NCBI GenBank assembly: GCA_965202585.1
Contig: OZ241828.1
Coordinates: 42,160,001-42,224,000, forward strand
Direction: 5' to 3'
Source of the DNA: Thalia democratica
Taxonomy: Eukaryota
DNA length: 64,000 nt
This document shows, in pieces, positions 1 to 11,994 of this stretch. How positions within the stretch are numbered: position 1 is the stretch's first letter; the number at the start of each line of letters is the position of its first letter. The notes under the pieces are model-generated. The model worked only from the letters and a program-made list of their open reading frames with translations, did not search any database and had not been told where the DNA came from. Both the position numbers and the translations under genes were made by a program.

Positions 1-354
1 ACCTATTAATTTAGGAAAATCATAGTGTTATCAGTTTAGTTTATGTTAATATTTGATAAATGTAAGCTACTTAATAATATAATAATTTTACAACTTAAAC
101 AAACAAATATACTTACATTTAGCAGGCTTGTAAAACTTGTGAACAATAAAAAAAAACAATATTTGAAACTAAAGCATTAGAGTGAATATCCTGTTAAAAA
201 GTTAAATAATAAAAATATTTACTATCGTATCGTGACATAAGTATAAAATTATGCTTCTAAAATCTAATTATAAAATTTGAAATTGGTTTTAATATTTGCT
301 TGTAGTACAAGTTAGAATAGTGATGTATTTATAAAAAGCTCTTAAGTTTTAAAA

Positions 355-3130
355 TAAAGCTTTTTTAAATGTACACATGAACATATTAATTCGTGCCTTT
401 TATTTAAAGAAGTTCCCCCGTCAGTTTTCGCTATTTCGATCTTCTCATAGAAAGGTCATGCAGATTCTTTGCGGTTTCCTTATTTGACCGAAGTGATGCA
501 AAAATTTCCATTTAATGTTGTAATTAATATTATTGTATTTTAGCTTCCAAACATATTTTGAGAGTTCGGTGCCGTTTTCCTTGTGGACGTTCATAACGCT
601 AATGTAGCTATACCACCTTTTTTTTTAAAGGTCACCCCGTGGTTCCTACATACTCCTTTATTTCTTTTTTTGTGGTAACCGTAGCTTTATAGATTACGTT
701 CTTGGTTAGGTATTTGTTTTTGAGTGGGCATAGGTTTTTGTTTCTGAAGTTGTAGAGTAACTCCTCTGTGTTAGTATTTTCAGTTTTTTCTATATTATTT
801 AAAGTTTTTTTATTGTGTCCTTGAATTAACATTTTTATATTGCTCATACACCTATACGACAACTTGCAGTTATTTTTATTTAATAATTTGTTTAGACTGT
901 TGTTTTGTTTAAAATGCTTGTTTATTAGTTCAAAAAAAAAATTTCCTACATTTGTCTTTACTGATTTGGTGGATTGAAATAAATAACTTTTCTTGATTTG
1001 TTTTTCTTCTTTTTCTGTTCGTTAAAATCTTCCTTATAAGTCAGTTTGTGTTTTTAAGTTTGATTTGTCTAAAGCGTTTCGGTATGTGCATATATTGTGG
1101 TAAAAAATATTTCTGTTTTAGATAATTTAATCAGTCTATTTTCTACCATTGCCGGTAAGTTTTTGATGGTTTTAGGATGATTGAAATTACTATTGATGTA
1201 TCTAATTTGTGTGTTTTCTTTTTTGTACGGTTTAAATAAATTGTTTGCGAGGTCTAATGTTATGTCCAGAAAGTTGCATATAGTTGCACTGGTATCTATC
1301 GTTATTTTAAAACCAATGTCTTTGAATATTTTTATTGCTTTTTTCTTTTTGTTTTCTAAATCTTGGTTGTTTTTTGGTTGGATGATTGCAAGGCCGTCGT
1401 ATCTATATAAGCCTATCTCTTTAAGATCATAAAAAGATTCAAGTTTGCTTAATGCATATAGTCCGATTAGATCGCATTACTCGGCACCGAAGAAGGAGCC
1501 CATGGGAACGTCAAATAGATTGCTGTTGTCTTTTGTGATCCAGGTTTTTTTGTTAAAATTGTTTTACATGTGTGCTTTATTAATAATGTCTCTGTCTTCT
1601 GTTGTAGTGTTTTTTTTTGCAAAGTTTATAACTTTATTAAATGGTTTTCAGTTATACCGGGGTAGAAGTTCACGATATTAAAGTTTATAAAGCATTTTTC
1701 TGTTTTAATTTAGATATTATTGAACCATTCGATTACTTCAAACGAGTTTTTCCACTAGACCAACTTTGACGAGTATCTTATCTTCGTCACATCTCTTTTA
1801 AAGATGTTTTTACTTATCCTACCAAATTGGTTTTTGCCTGGGCTTAAGAGTATGCACTCAACATTGAGAGGGAATTGTTTCTTGCAGCGACGTAGCTAGC
1901 TCAAAAAAGTTACGAATCTACAAAAATTTAAACATTAAATTAAATGACACGTGATAACGTCCTTGCGGGAACACAGCTACCTCTAATTTAATTGAATTTA
2001 ATCCGAAACTATGCGGTTATGATAATAATTTAAAAATGGAATTTTGAAGTACGAGTGATAAGTGTATACAAGGCAATTTATTTTGCTCCACACCCCCTAT
2101 GACTCTTTTTGTGTTGCCACTTGTGTAAACCCAGAAAACATTCATTAGAAATAAGTATAAAAATCACAATTTAACTCAAAAACATCTATATTCATTAAAT
2201 CAAACATTTAACGTAGTCAATAGTAACAACAAGTTATGCAAATTTTTGTAACATAGAATTGTATGATTTTGATTTTTGAAGCTACAGCTTCCATTAGGAT
2301 CAATTTTGCATGCAGCTTTTTGTCAAATTAAAAGCTTTAACGCGCTAAATATTACAATTTTGATGTACTTAACTCGTTTAATCTTTACGACACTAAAAAC
2401 GCTAGAGAATACAAACATGTCGAAATTATCTCTCAGGAGTGCATAACTAAGTTTAAATGGATACTTAAAGCTAAGAAAGCAGAGTCTTTTTAAGCTGAAA
2501 TAAAAGCAAGTTTTTTTCGCATATAAGTATACGTTTCTGTAGATTTACAGAAACGTACCAAGCCACGTGCCTGGTTTCTTGTGATCCTTTACTGTTATAA
2601 AGGCGTCCGAGATTGAGAATTTAGGTTTTTTTTGTTTTTGTATTTTTTGTCGGTGATTATTTATTGAGATTCGGCATTTATTTGTTCGATTAGGTTTACG
2701 TTTGAGATTTCATAAGTTTTAGTTACGTTGTTGTTTAAGAGTTTTTTGTAGTTGCTTGCGTTTGTTTGGCATAGGTTCCTTGTTTTATCTGCAAAAAGAA
2801 TAATAAGAACAATTTCATTTTTAGTTAGTATCTGCTTTAAATCTTTTTGCAGAGCTTCTTGAAATTTAGACTTATAGGCAGTAAACTTGATTTTTCTTAT
2901 TACATTAAAAAGTTCGTTTTCGAACGTTTAAGTTCATCACTGGCTGGTGCTGATCTGGAAATTTTATATATGTCTTCTTTTCTGTGCTCATATTGGTCGG
3001 TTTATCGCTGTTGTGGAAGAAAACCTTCCATCTGAGCCTGTTTATAAATTTTGTAGTTGCATCGTACATTCTGGTTAGGTATTGCTTCTTGCTTGCTAAC
3101 GGGATGTCTTTTAGGCTGTATTTTCATCTT
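355..3130 (-). mobile_element. Decayed Penelope-like retroelement (RT + GIY-YIG endonuclease), interrupted by a hAT MITE at 1885-2573
   Basis: Manual minus-strand translation gives ordered PLE motifs: YSLKDIPLASKKQYL..RLRWK (~3120-3030), FADKTRNL..YKKLLNNNVTKTY (~2800-2710), VKDHKKQF across the MITE junction, FNIVNFYPGI (~1680-1655), VPMGSFFGAE*CDLIGLY (~1510-1460), GLYRYDGLA (~1410-1388), NFLDITLDL (~1275-1250), GIY-YIG-like NVIYKATV..KEYVGTTG (ORF 632-862), LNKRHELICSCVH (~400-365). Multiple stops and frameshifts. Confidence 0.9.
1885..2573. mobile_element. hAT-like MITE (family A) with 8-bp TSD GTTTCTTG
   Basis: Imperfect TIRs CAGCGACGTAGCTAG / CAGGCACGTGGCTTG; GTTTCTTG at 1877-1884 and 2574-2581; related copy at 24078-24502. 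Confidence 0.9.
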
Positions 3131-6100
3131 ATTACCTGTAAAAAAAGTGATTGTTGTATGTTTTTGTAAATAAATTAGCTTTTAAATAGTTTTCACTTTA
3201 TTTAAACAACGTTTTTTAATCACGTTGGTACGTGGAGAACTTTTTTAATAAATTTGGACAGCGAGAATTATTTTAGTAAATTTTGCCTGTTTTTTGTGAA
3301 AGAATGCCGTCAGTTGCACTCGTTTAAGCTAATTCACTGTGTCTGCTACAAACTGTATAAAATATTGGCACAATAACATTTGTAAAATTTTTTTTAGACA
3401 GTGCCTACTTTGACTATGTTTGTTTTGTGAACAAACTGACTGGTGATCTGACTTGCTTTTAAAAACTAGCGAAGCAGTTGTTCCTCATAAAACGTAGTGT
3501 TTAACTTTAACTATGTATAGATTGGCACCTTCTATAAACGTTGCAAGCATTTATCCCTACGTCAAAGTAAAACAAATGTAGTTTTTTTACTGTTGTTAAT
3601 GTAAAATTTGCATAAGTTTTTTTTGTTAAAGTTTGAAAATTATACCATTTATGAATAAGAGCGAATACTTTGACTATAATTTAAAAACTCGTAGCTTGAA
3701 AACTTTAAAACCGAAAAAGGCCTACTTTAAAGACACTTATACGGATCATTTTAGCTTTTCGTCTAAAGTTCTTTAAAGTTATTAAAAAAAATTTTCTTTT
3801 TACTTTACTTATTTATTTTGTTTATAATGAACACAGGTAATAAAAATTTTAATTATCACAAAAGCTAAAACGTGTAAGCTAATACAATAGTGTTACCTGG
3901 GAACGACTTAAATGGGAGAATTTTGAATCAGTTTTTAAAAACTAAGCTAGATTAGGTTAATTTTAAAGTATGAATTTAAAAAGAGTGTTTAGAAATACTT
4001 GGAGTTATGGTTTTTTTATTAAAACTTATTTCTAATAAACAAACATTTTTTAACTGTATAATTTACGTTATTACGGTTATGTGTAATACATATGACTTTT
4101 GTAATAAACTATAAATAATTTTTTTTAATTAAATCAACTTTCTTTTTGTATTTCTATACCATTTATCTTAGTTAATACGTCAGTCTAGCTCTAGCTTAAT
4201 AAAGGTTTTTTGTATGCATAAAAGTATTTAACAAGTAGTAAGAATGCTTTCTAAATAAGTAAATATATACTTTGATTTTAGTTTTTTTGTAGCACTTTTA
4301 GCTTTTATTAAGACTTTATACTTTTTTCAAGAAATAGAACTATGACTTTAAACACACCAAAATAAAAAAGTCTTTTCTTTTAAGTAAACAATGACTTATA
4401 AAATAACTTATAAATAAAATAAGGTGAACAATCTATTTGTTAAAACAGATGAAGACAACAAATTTATTACGATCTTCAACAGCTTTATTGAAAAACATTA
4501 TTAGTATTTTTTAGCGGTCGGCAAACTGCAGCACAAAAAGCTGGAACATGCAGCTCGTAATGTAATTTTAACAAAAAAAAACAGATTTTGTGGTTAAAAA
4601 TACAATTAAGCTGTTAGATATATAATTAATGATTACTGGTGGTTTATTATTGTTTTATCATTTACTCAATACATTATTTTTGTAAAGAAGACTAGGACCG
4701 CAGATGACTTTTTGTTGTAAGATGGTGCCCGCAAGCAATTTTTCATCTGTTTCTTATAAAAGGCTGCTTGGTTTACAGCAGCGTTCTAATTAAAATATGT
4801 GCAGTTTAGACTATAATTTAAAAAGTCTGTGCACCCCATACTCAAAACTTCCAAAAAATAATCTTTAAATCTTTAATTTAATTTTTTTTTGCTTTTCATC
4901 AGAAATCTAGAGTATTTAGCTAGAGTATATTCAAAATTTTGTCGAAATATCTAGTGTGAGTTTCAAAACAAATTTCGTGTGTTTGTTTTCTCACCTGAGT
5001 TATAAAAATTATAATGCTGTAAAATTAAGTACTAAAATATAATAAACTTTAGTTTGTGTCCTCACGCTCGAGGAATAAAAACAATTTGTTTTACCAAGTA
5101 TGGTGCACACCGTGAAAACCACTATAAACTTTATAGCATTAAATACAGATACATAAAACATGTTAATTTTTATGTTTAACAAAAAAATTAAAAAATAAAA
5201 GATATTAAAAAAAATGACGCAAAAAATACAAAAAAATAAATTAAAAAACGAAAATCTTTTTTAAAAAAGGTCGTGATAAATAAAACTTTAAGACAATACA
5301 ATAACACAAGCTTTAAACAGTTTATGTAAAGTTTAAGTTAGAAATTTTCTATCGTTTTAAAACAAATCAACCCGAGAGCTTAAATAAAAAGCTTCTCAAA
5401 ATCTTGGAAAATTGAATGTGCTTAACGGTTCTTATAATAAACTTAAAAAGGTTTATTTTTCAAAAAAAAAAAAAAAAAATATTAATAATTAGTTGACGTT
5501 TTTTCAGAAAAGGTCATTAGATAGCAAAATTACAAGTGATTCTCAAAATTTTTTTTTTACTTCTTTACTTCTCTTATATAAATTTAAAATATAGTTATAC
5601 ATACATATAAAAAAGTTTGAAAATAATTTAGAATTAATATTTGGTGGAACATTTTTTACTTTCAGAAATGCTTATAATGTTAATAAATAGTTTTCGAATT
5701 TACTATGTTATGTTAGATACAAGGTGGTTATTTTTGATTATCATATTATTGCCTGCTGTGCTGACTGCTGAGTATTAGGCTAAATACTCTTCGGGAATAG
5801 CTCACTAAATGCAGCAGAGCAACTTAATAACATATGATTAGCTTGTGGTTAGATTAATGTGGTTGTAATCTAGGGTATTTTATTACTAGTGATGTGCCAT
5901 CTTTGTTTATTAGGATTACCTGTGAATAACCCCTGACTTGAAAACGAAATAAAAACAAATTATGCTCATTCATCAATAGGTAATAAATAATGATTTCACC
6001 TAATAAATAAAAAAGATTTTGTATTGAAACCTGCTTGAAACTTAAGGTTTATATTTTAGGTTAAATATTTGTAATCTTACAATAAGCAATCAGTAATGGA

Positions 6101-6140
6101 TTTATACAAGTATTGTTTTTTATTAATAAGTAGAATAATG

Positions 6141-6780
6141 GGTTACATGACAATTCAAGTTTGGACAACTCAAATTGCAACAATTCAAATTAATATAAAA
6201 AATACTAAAAAGGCTATATCTCATAAAGTAAAACAAAATTAAAAAAATAAAAAATGTATATGTAGATCTTATTAATATCTAAAAGCCACCTTTTTCTTTT
6301 TTGCAAAATCTAAAATATTGTTCAAGATATCTTAAAATTACTAAAAATGACTATGTTTTTTGATTTATTTAAGCCATATATCAAAAAATATTTACTTTTT
6401 TAAAAATAAAAAAAATGGCTTGTAGATATTAATATGACCTACATATACATTTTTCATTTTTGATAAATATACCTTATTTTCTACTTGTGTTTAAAAAAAA
6501 TATCAAAAATATAAATAAATATATAATAAATATATTTATTTATAATTTTGATAGTTTTTTTTACTGTCACTGTTACCCCTAACATTTATCCTCGAATGGT
6601 AATTTTTTTATTATTTTCATTTATAATTTTATTTTACTTTGGTTATTTTTTTATAATTTTTTCAAAAATCACCATTTTTGCATAAGTTTCTTCACGCAAA
6701 AGTAACCCATTTGTGCAAAAGATTCATTTGTGCATAAATTTCTTATTGTAAAAGTAACAATTCTTGAATATTTGACTTGT
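6141..6780. mobile_element. Truncated MULE-like MITE (GGTTACATG end) abutting a fragment of the GCAAAAGTGAC-repeat MITE family
   Basis: 6141 onward matches the TIR and interior of 43775-44165 and 56610-57025; about 6560-6780 resembles the reverse complement of the outer element at 56379-57400. Confidence 0.65.
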
Positions 6781-7496
6781 CCACAAAAAAATGTTAACAA
6801 ATTAATGAGTTTTCAGCTAACATAGCATCTCTTTATTTTTGATACCCCTTATTTAAAGAAAGGAAAATTTACAGTAATATGGGTTAGTTTTAAATGTTTT
6901 AAAAATTCAGGTTGACTCAACCTAACTAAGCTGACTTAATGTAAATTGAACCTTCTCAAATTATTTTGAAATAATTGATTGTTTTAAGATTTTTTGTAAT
7001 ACTCAGGTTCTTTAATAGTTTTTATTTATCTCAAACTACTAATACATTATAGCTTCTACATTGTCATGCTCAAGTAACTTTTGTAAATTAAAACAAAAGG
7101 CCTGATCAAGTATATGTTTTATTATTCCATTTGAATTTTTTGGAGAAGCTGGTTTTTAATGACTAAGGTTTCAGAAAATAGCAACTGTGTTTATAGAAAA
7201 AATACCTGAATTAATACTTCAAACATTATTAGCTAATTCATATTTTACATGCTAGTTACAAAACAAATATTTATAATTATTATTTGTACAAAGTATGATC
7301 AGTTCCAGCTACATTATTTGAAAAGTTAGTACATCTAAAATGTAATATTTATACCTGACTTTGAGCTTGCTATAGTTTTTTTTAATTTGTTTTTATATCC
7401 AATTCATAAAATTGTATAATACAACTCTGTTTTGATCAAAATTTATTCTTTTTATTAAATATAACTAATATTTTAGATTAAACAAACACTTAAAAT

Positions 7497-7985
7497 ATGG
7501 GTAATTCTCCTTCATCAAATCAAGATAATATACCTTCAACAAGCAGAGCTGGTGTTTTTTCATCTTCAGTTAGATCTCGCAATTCCAGCAATTTGAATTC
7601 AAGAAGTCAAGTCAGCAAATCAAAAAAAAATTCCAGACTTATACCAAGGGCTGGTAATCCAAACACTTTGTTTAATAATTGTCAATCTGCACTTGATAAT
7701 AAAAAAAGTGATAAGTCATTTGATCAAATCATTAAAGCTAAAAGACTCGGGTTTCTAAGACATTTACCCGTAAGTATCTGGAACAGTTGTGACAAAGAAG
7801 ATGTAAAAGAATGCTGCATATGTATGGTCGACTTTGAGGAAAACGAAGAATATCGATGTCTCCCATGCATGCACTATTATCATGTTGATTGTATTGATGA
7901 CTGGTTGGTAAGGTCTTTTTTATGTCCTACATGCAGACAACCAACTGATGCTGCAATTTTTTCAACTTTAGTAGGACAGTTTTAG
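7497..7985 (+). CDS. RNF11: RING-H2 finger protein, RNF11-like (162 aa, single coding exon)
   Basis: C-terminal CCICMVDF..CLPCMHYYHVDCIDDWLVRSFLCPTC RING-H2, preceded by QIIKAKRLGFLRHLP and followed by DAAIFST, as in RNF11; N-terminal MGNxxS myristoylation-type start; TTTTAG acceptor about 20 nt upstream of the ATG. Confidence 0.88.
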   Translation: MGNSPSSNQDNIPSTSRAGVFSSSVRSRNSSNLNSRSQVSKSKKNSRLIPRAGNPNTLFNNCQSALDNKKSDKSFDQIIKAKRLGFLRHLPVSIWNSCDKEDVKECCICMVDFEENEEYRCLPCMHYYHVDCIDDWLVRSFLCPTCRQPTDAAIFSTLVGQF

Positions 7986-8502
7986 TTTTTTTTAAAAACA
8001 CTAAGTTTGACAGTTTGATCAAGTTATAACAGATTTTTTTGTTTTTACAAAATTTAATTATTTTTTGATATTTTGTAAGTACAACTTATATGTTACATTG
8101 ACTAAAAAAACTACTATATTGGTAAAACAGTAAATTTGCTGATAGATGTTTTGTAAGTAAAGATGACCTTTTTATAAAAATAAACAAAAAAATTGTTTAG
8201 TTGAAAAATTTTCATCTTTTTATGTATAACAACATTTTTAAACTGCTTTTGTATTTTGATTTCTTATGAGCCGTTTTCTATCAGTTTTTAGACCTTACTC
8301 TGGATAGATACAAGGTAAATATCAAATACCTTGATTATTCTTACTTTGAGACTAGTTTGTATATGTAAAATTCTGCAGAAAAAATAATTCATATTTTTTT
8401 AAAAATTTTCTGCTATAAGTTTGTTTAGTCAAAAAAAATTGTTACTATAAAGTTGAATTTAAATATTAAATCATAATTTAGTTATTGTTGTATAATGCTT
8501 AA

Positions 8503-9185
8503 GGCCATAAGGGGGGGGGTCCAACATTTTTTTTTTACTAAAATTAACTTTGGCTTTTATATGAAAGCTTAAAGTACAAACTATAAGCCAGTTTTTATAG
8601 AATTCAAAAATATCATTTAACTTTTGAGATATTCAACTTTTTGTAAAAATTTTCCAATATAAACGTATGGACCGCAAATTTTTTGGGGTCAATTTTCTCG
8701 GAAATTTTAAAATTCACTAAAAACCTATCTCCTCCTTCATTTTTTGACCTAGAGACTTCAAATTTTCAGGAAATGTTCCTTTTAATATTTTGAAGAATCT
8801 GAATGTTGGAAATTTTGAAATTTTGAAAAATAAAAATTTTATCCACAAAAAACTAAAAAAAAGGGTAGTTTTTTGACAATAATTTTTTTTTTACTCAAAA
8901 TTAAAAAAATTCCTACAATAGATCTTTTTGAAGTTTAATGATACACATTCTGTAAAAATTTGAGAAAGATTACTCAAAAAATGAAGGAGGAGATAGATTT
9001 CTAGTGAAATAGTCTTTTTTCGCCTTCCATAAGGAACCTATTGAACGCCCTTTCTTTGATCGCTTATATCTCAAAAATTACTTTAATTTTTTTTAAGCGG
9101 TTTAAAGTGTCTGATAGCTCAGATTAAATTCTACAAAATAAGATCAGGTTGTAAAAAACAAAGTGGACCCCCCCCCCCTATGGCC
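8503..9185. mobile_element. Kolobok-like MITE (TTAA TSD, GG...CC termini)
   Basis: TTAA|GGCCATAAGGGGGGGGGTCC ... GGACCCCCCCCCCCTATGGCC|TTAA; inverted second copy at 23342-23977. Confidence 0.8.
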
Positions 9186-10639
9186 TTAATAATGTATCAT
9201 AACTGTTGATTTGTTTATAACTAAAAAAAAACTTATTATTATAAAAGATTTAAACTAAAAACTAGCCAGTTTGTTTTACATCCTAATAATAGTAAAACTT
9301 ATGAAAAAGAAAAAAAATTCTATTATAAAAAAAGCTAAACTACTAAATAGCAGTTAAAGTTTTTTTTTGACAATATATCTTTTACTGTATCTTATGTGCA
9401 TTTGAATCTGTATATTTTGAAAAGTATTAGTTTTCTTTAAATGTTCTGGGTAGAAACTAAAGAAGTCACCTGTTATTCTTAGTGAATGTTTTTTATCTTA
9501 AAAGAAAATCAATTTATAAATTGAATTTTAAATATAAATTTTTAGAATCACTACTATAATTAGTTTTTGGACAGTGTTTTATGTTAAAAAATATCAGTTG
9601 GATGTTTTGTGACCACTAAAATAAGTCGTGAAAAAAATATTTTGAATATAAAAGTTAATTGTAGAAGTTTATTTATTCAAATAAATTTTCAAAGTTTTTA
9701 ATAAAAGTTTGCAAGAGCATCTATATTTTTTATTTAATCGTCATATTATGCGTTGGTTTTTATTATAACTAGCGGTCCCTATATAAAAATTACAAACAAT
9801 TTTTTTTTGTTGTGTAAAATTTCAAATTGCAATTTTTTCCACTAAGCTGATTCGAATATTTTATGTATACTTTATTTACGAACTTTTTTACTTTTTATTG
9901 TTCTCATAGTATATTTGTTTTTTCAGAAATAATGTAACAATGTGTTATACGATTTAAGTAAATGATAAAATTTGCTGCAAAGACTAAGAAAACCTATGTA
10001 TGGCAATGACAGGCTATAAATATATATTTAGACATCTTGAGGTAATCTTAAAAATATTAAACAAAAATCTTAAACAATTAATTGAATGCCTTGTGTTATT
10101 TTTACAGTCATATTTTTGTAAATTAGTGTTTAATGAGATTAAAGTTTATAAAATATGTATTGATTCTTAGAATCATTGTTTGAAACCATCTACTAAAACA
10201 ATTAAGAACAGAAATTTTAAACATGGTCCTTAGTTTATTTTTGTACAGGAAAAAATGATGTGTTAAAAGATATATAAGCTTTTTAAAAGAGCAAACCTAT
10301 ATAGATGGGATAATTTACAATAACATAGGATAGTTTTTTTTAACATATTACTTTTATATGAAATTAGAGTTTTTAACATAAGATTATAGTATGTTTTATA
10401 TAGGTTGAAATTTTTAGTTAGCTTAAAAACTTTTTCTGTTAAAAAAAACATTAAATTATTATACATCTGTGTTTTTTTGGGGAGCTAATAGTTTATAACA
10501 AGTGATCATTTCAAACTCAATTATTTTAAACTTTTTATAGCGGTACGCACAACAGTTTAAATAGCAAAACTCACATACTTTATCAAAATCTTACAACTGT
10601 TTTTTAATTTTAATTAAAGTATGGTTGTAGTAAAAAATC

Positions 10640-10960
10640 CATAACAGGATAACTCAGGATAATTTGAATTTTTTTTTTACTCAGGCTGACTTAGGATAGA
10701 TTTGTTTTATTAAAACCTCAAGAGAGTTTTTGGTTTTTTAATAATCTCAGAACATATGTTTTTTTCTAGATTTCGAACGAGATTTAGTTGATTAAGTTTT
10801 AGTATTTTGTTATTTTATAATAAATTTTATTTAGAAACTTCATTTTACTAATTTTATAAAGTTAAAATCTATTTGTTTTAAGATTTGAAAAAAACTCAGG
10901 ATGATTTACCTTAGTCTAAGGTCTATCAGGTCTTTTTTTTGGTTCAAAGAGTGGCAACCC
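10640..10960. mobile_element. MITE fragment of the AAAACCTGGAAA-repeat family (ends in GTGGCAACCCTG)
   Basis: Shares repeated (T/C)CAGG motifs and the GTGGCAACCCTG-type end with ~42478-42878 and ~34721-35050; no clean TSD. Confidence 0.45.
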
Positions 10961-11768
10961 TGAAATTATAGAACTTCATATAATTGCTTATAAGTTTACT
11001 TAGTAAATTTTGATCATTGTTACTTTTAAAATTCATTTTTAACTAGCCAAAAGTCACGTGCATTAAAAAAAATATATATTATAACAACTGAAATATCTGT
11101 ACAAGGTTAAATTTGTTTGCAAAAAAGTTAAAACAATTCTGCGGTGGTACACTATTTATTTTTGAACATGAAATAAATTTTATTAAAAAAACAAAAATAA
11201 TACTATCATTAAAATAAACTTTTAAGCTGATTTTTTTGCACAAGTTATTGAACAGCTAGCTCTATTAAAATTTTTGTTTTAAAAAAATGTTTTTGCATAT
11301 ATCAAAGATTTAAATTACTCTCAAGAAAATTTTAGCATTTAGTTGTAATAGTAATTATTATTTTTCTTTTTATAATGATTAGCTAAGTTTTGATTGATTT
11401 ACTGTCAGCTTCTAGTAACGATTTTCAAAGAATTGTTTTTTATGTTAAGTTTACTTAAGTAAATTATAGTTTAGTGTAAGAAGTACTGATCAATTAACTA
11501 AAAAAGTAAAAAAAAGACTTATAAAAAAGCAAACATTTATTAGGCTGGTATTTCAAATTCTGTGCAAAATAGCTAACAACTATAAAAGTATAAACAAGTT
11601 TGTACACAATTTTTGTTATAGTACACACGATGATCACAAATTTTACAATAAACGAATGAAGTAGGAATTATCGTTTTACTAGTATTAAAAGTATAATAAA
11701 AATATATCAAGTAAAATCTTTTCATAGAAAATTGAATGTAGTTAATAAAAGTTTATTATTTAAAAAAT

Positions 11769-11994
11769 ATGTGGGTAAAACCAGTAGAAGTATTGCTTGC
11801 CAATGCACTTTGGGTTACTGAAAGAGCAAATTTATATTTTACTTTACAACGGAGAAAGGGACACAAAGATCGAGGTCTAGGATCAATTTTAGTAAATACC
11901 TTGGACACAGTTTTTGATTCTAGTGCAAAAGTTTCTCCTTACAGAATTCTTCACCAAACTTCGAAGTCTGAAATTAGCTACTTAGTTGCTACAG
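11769..11994 (+). CDS. TBC1D9: TBC1D9 coding exon 1
   Basis: ATG..LVAT G|GTCAGT, phase 1. Confidence 0.92.

Noticed and set aside
420-455. Hammerhead-like CTATGAG..CGAAA on the minus strand
   Set aside because: Lacks the CUGA core and stems; it is coding sequence of the Penelope endonuclease tail (YEKIEIAK).
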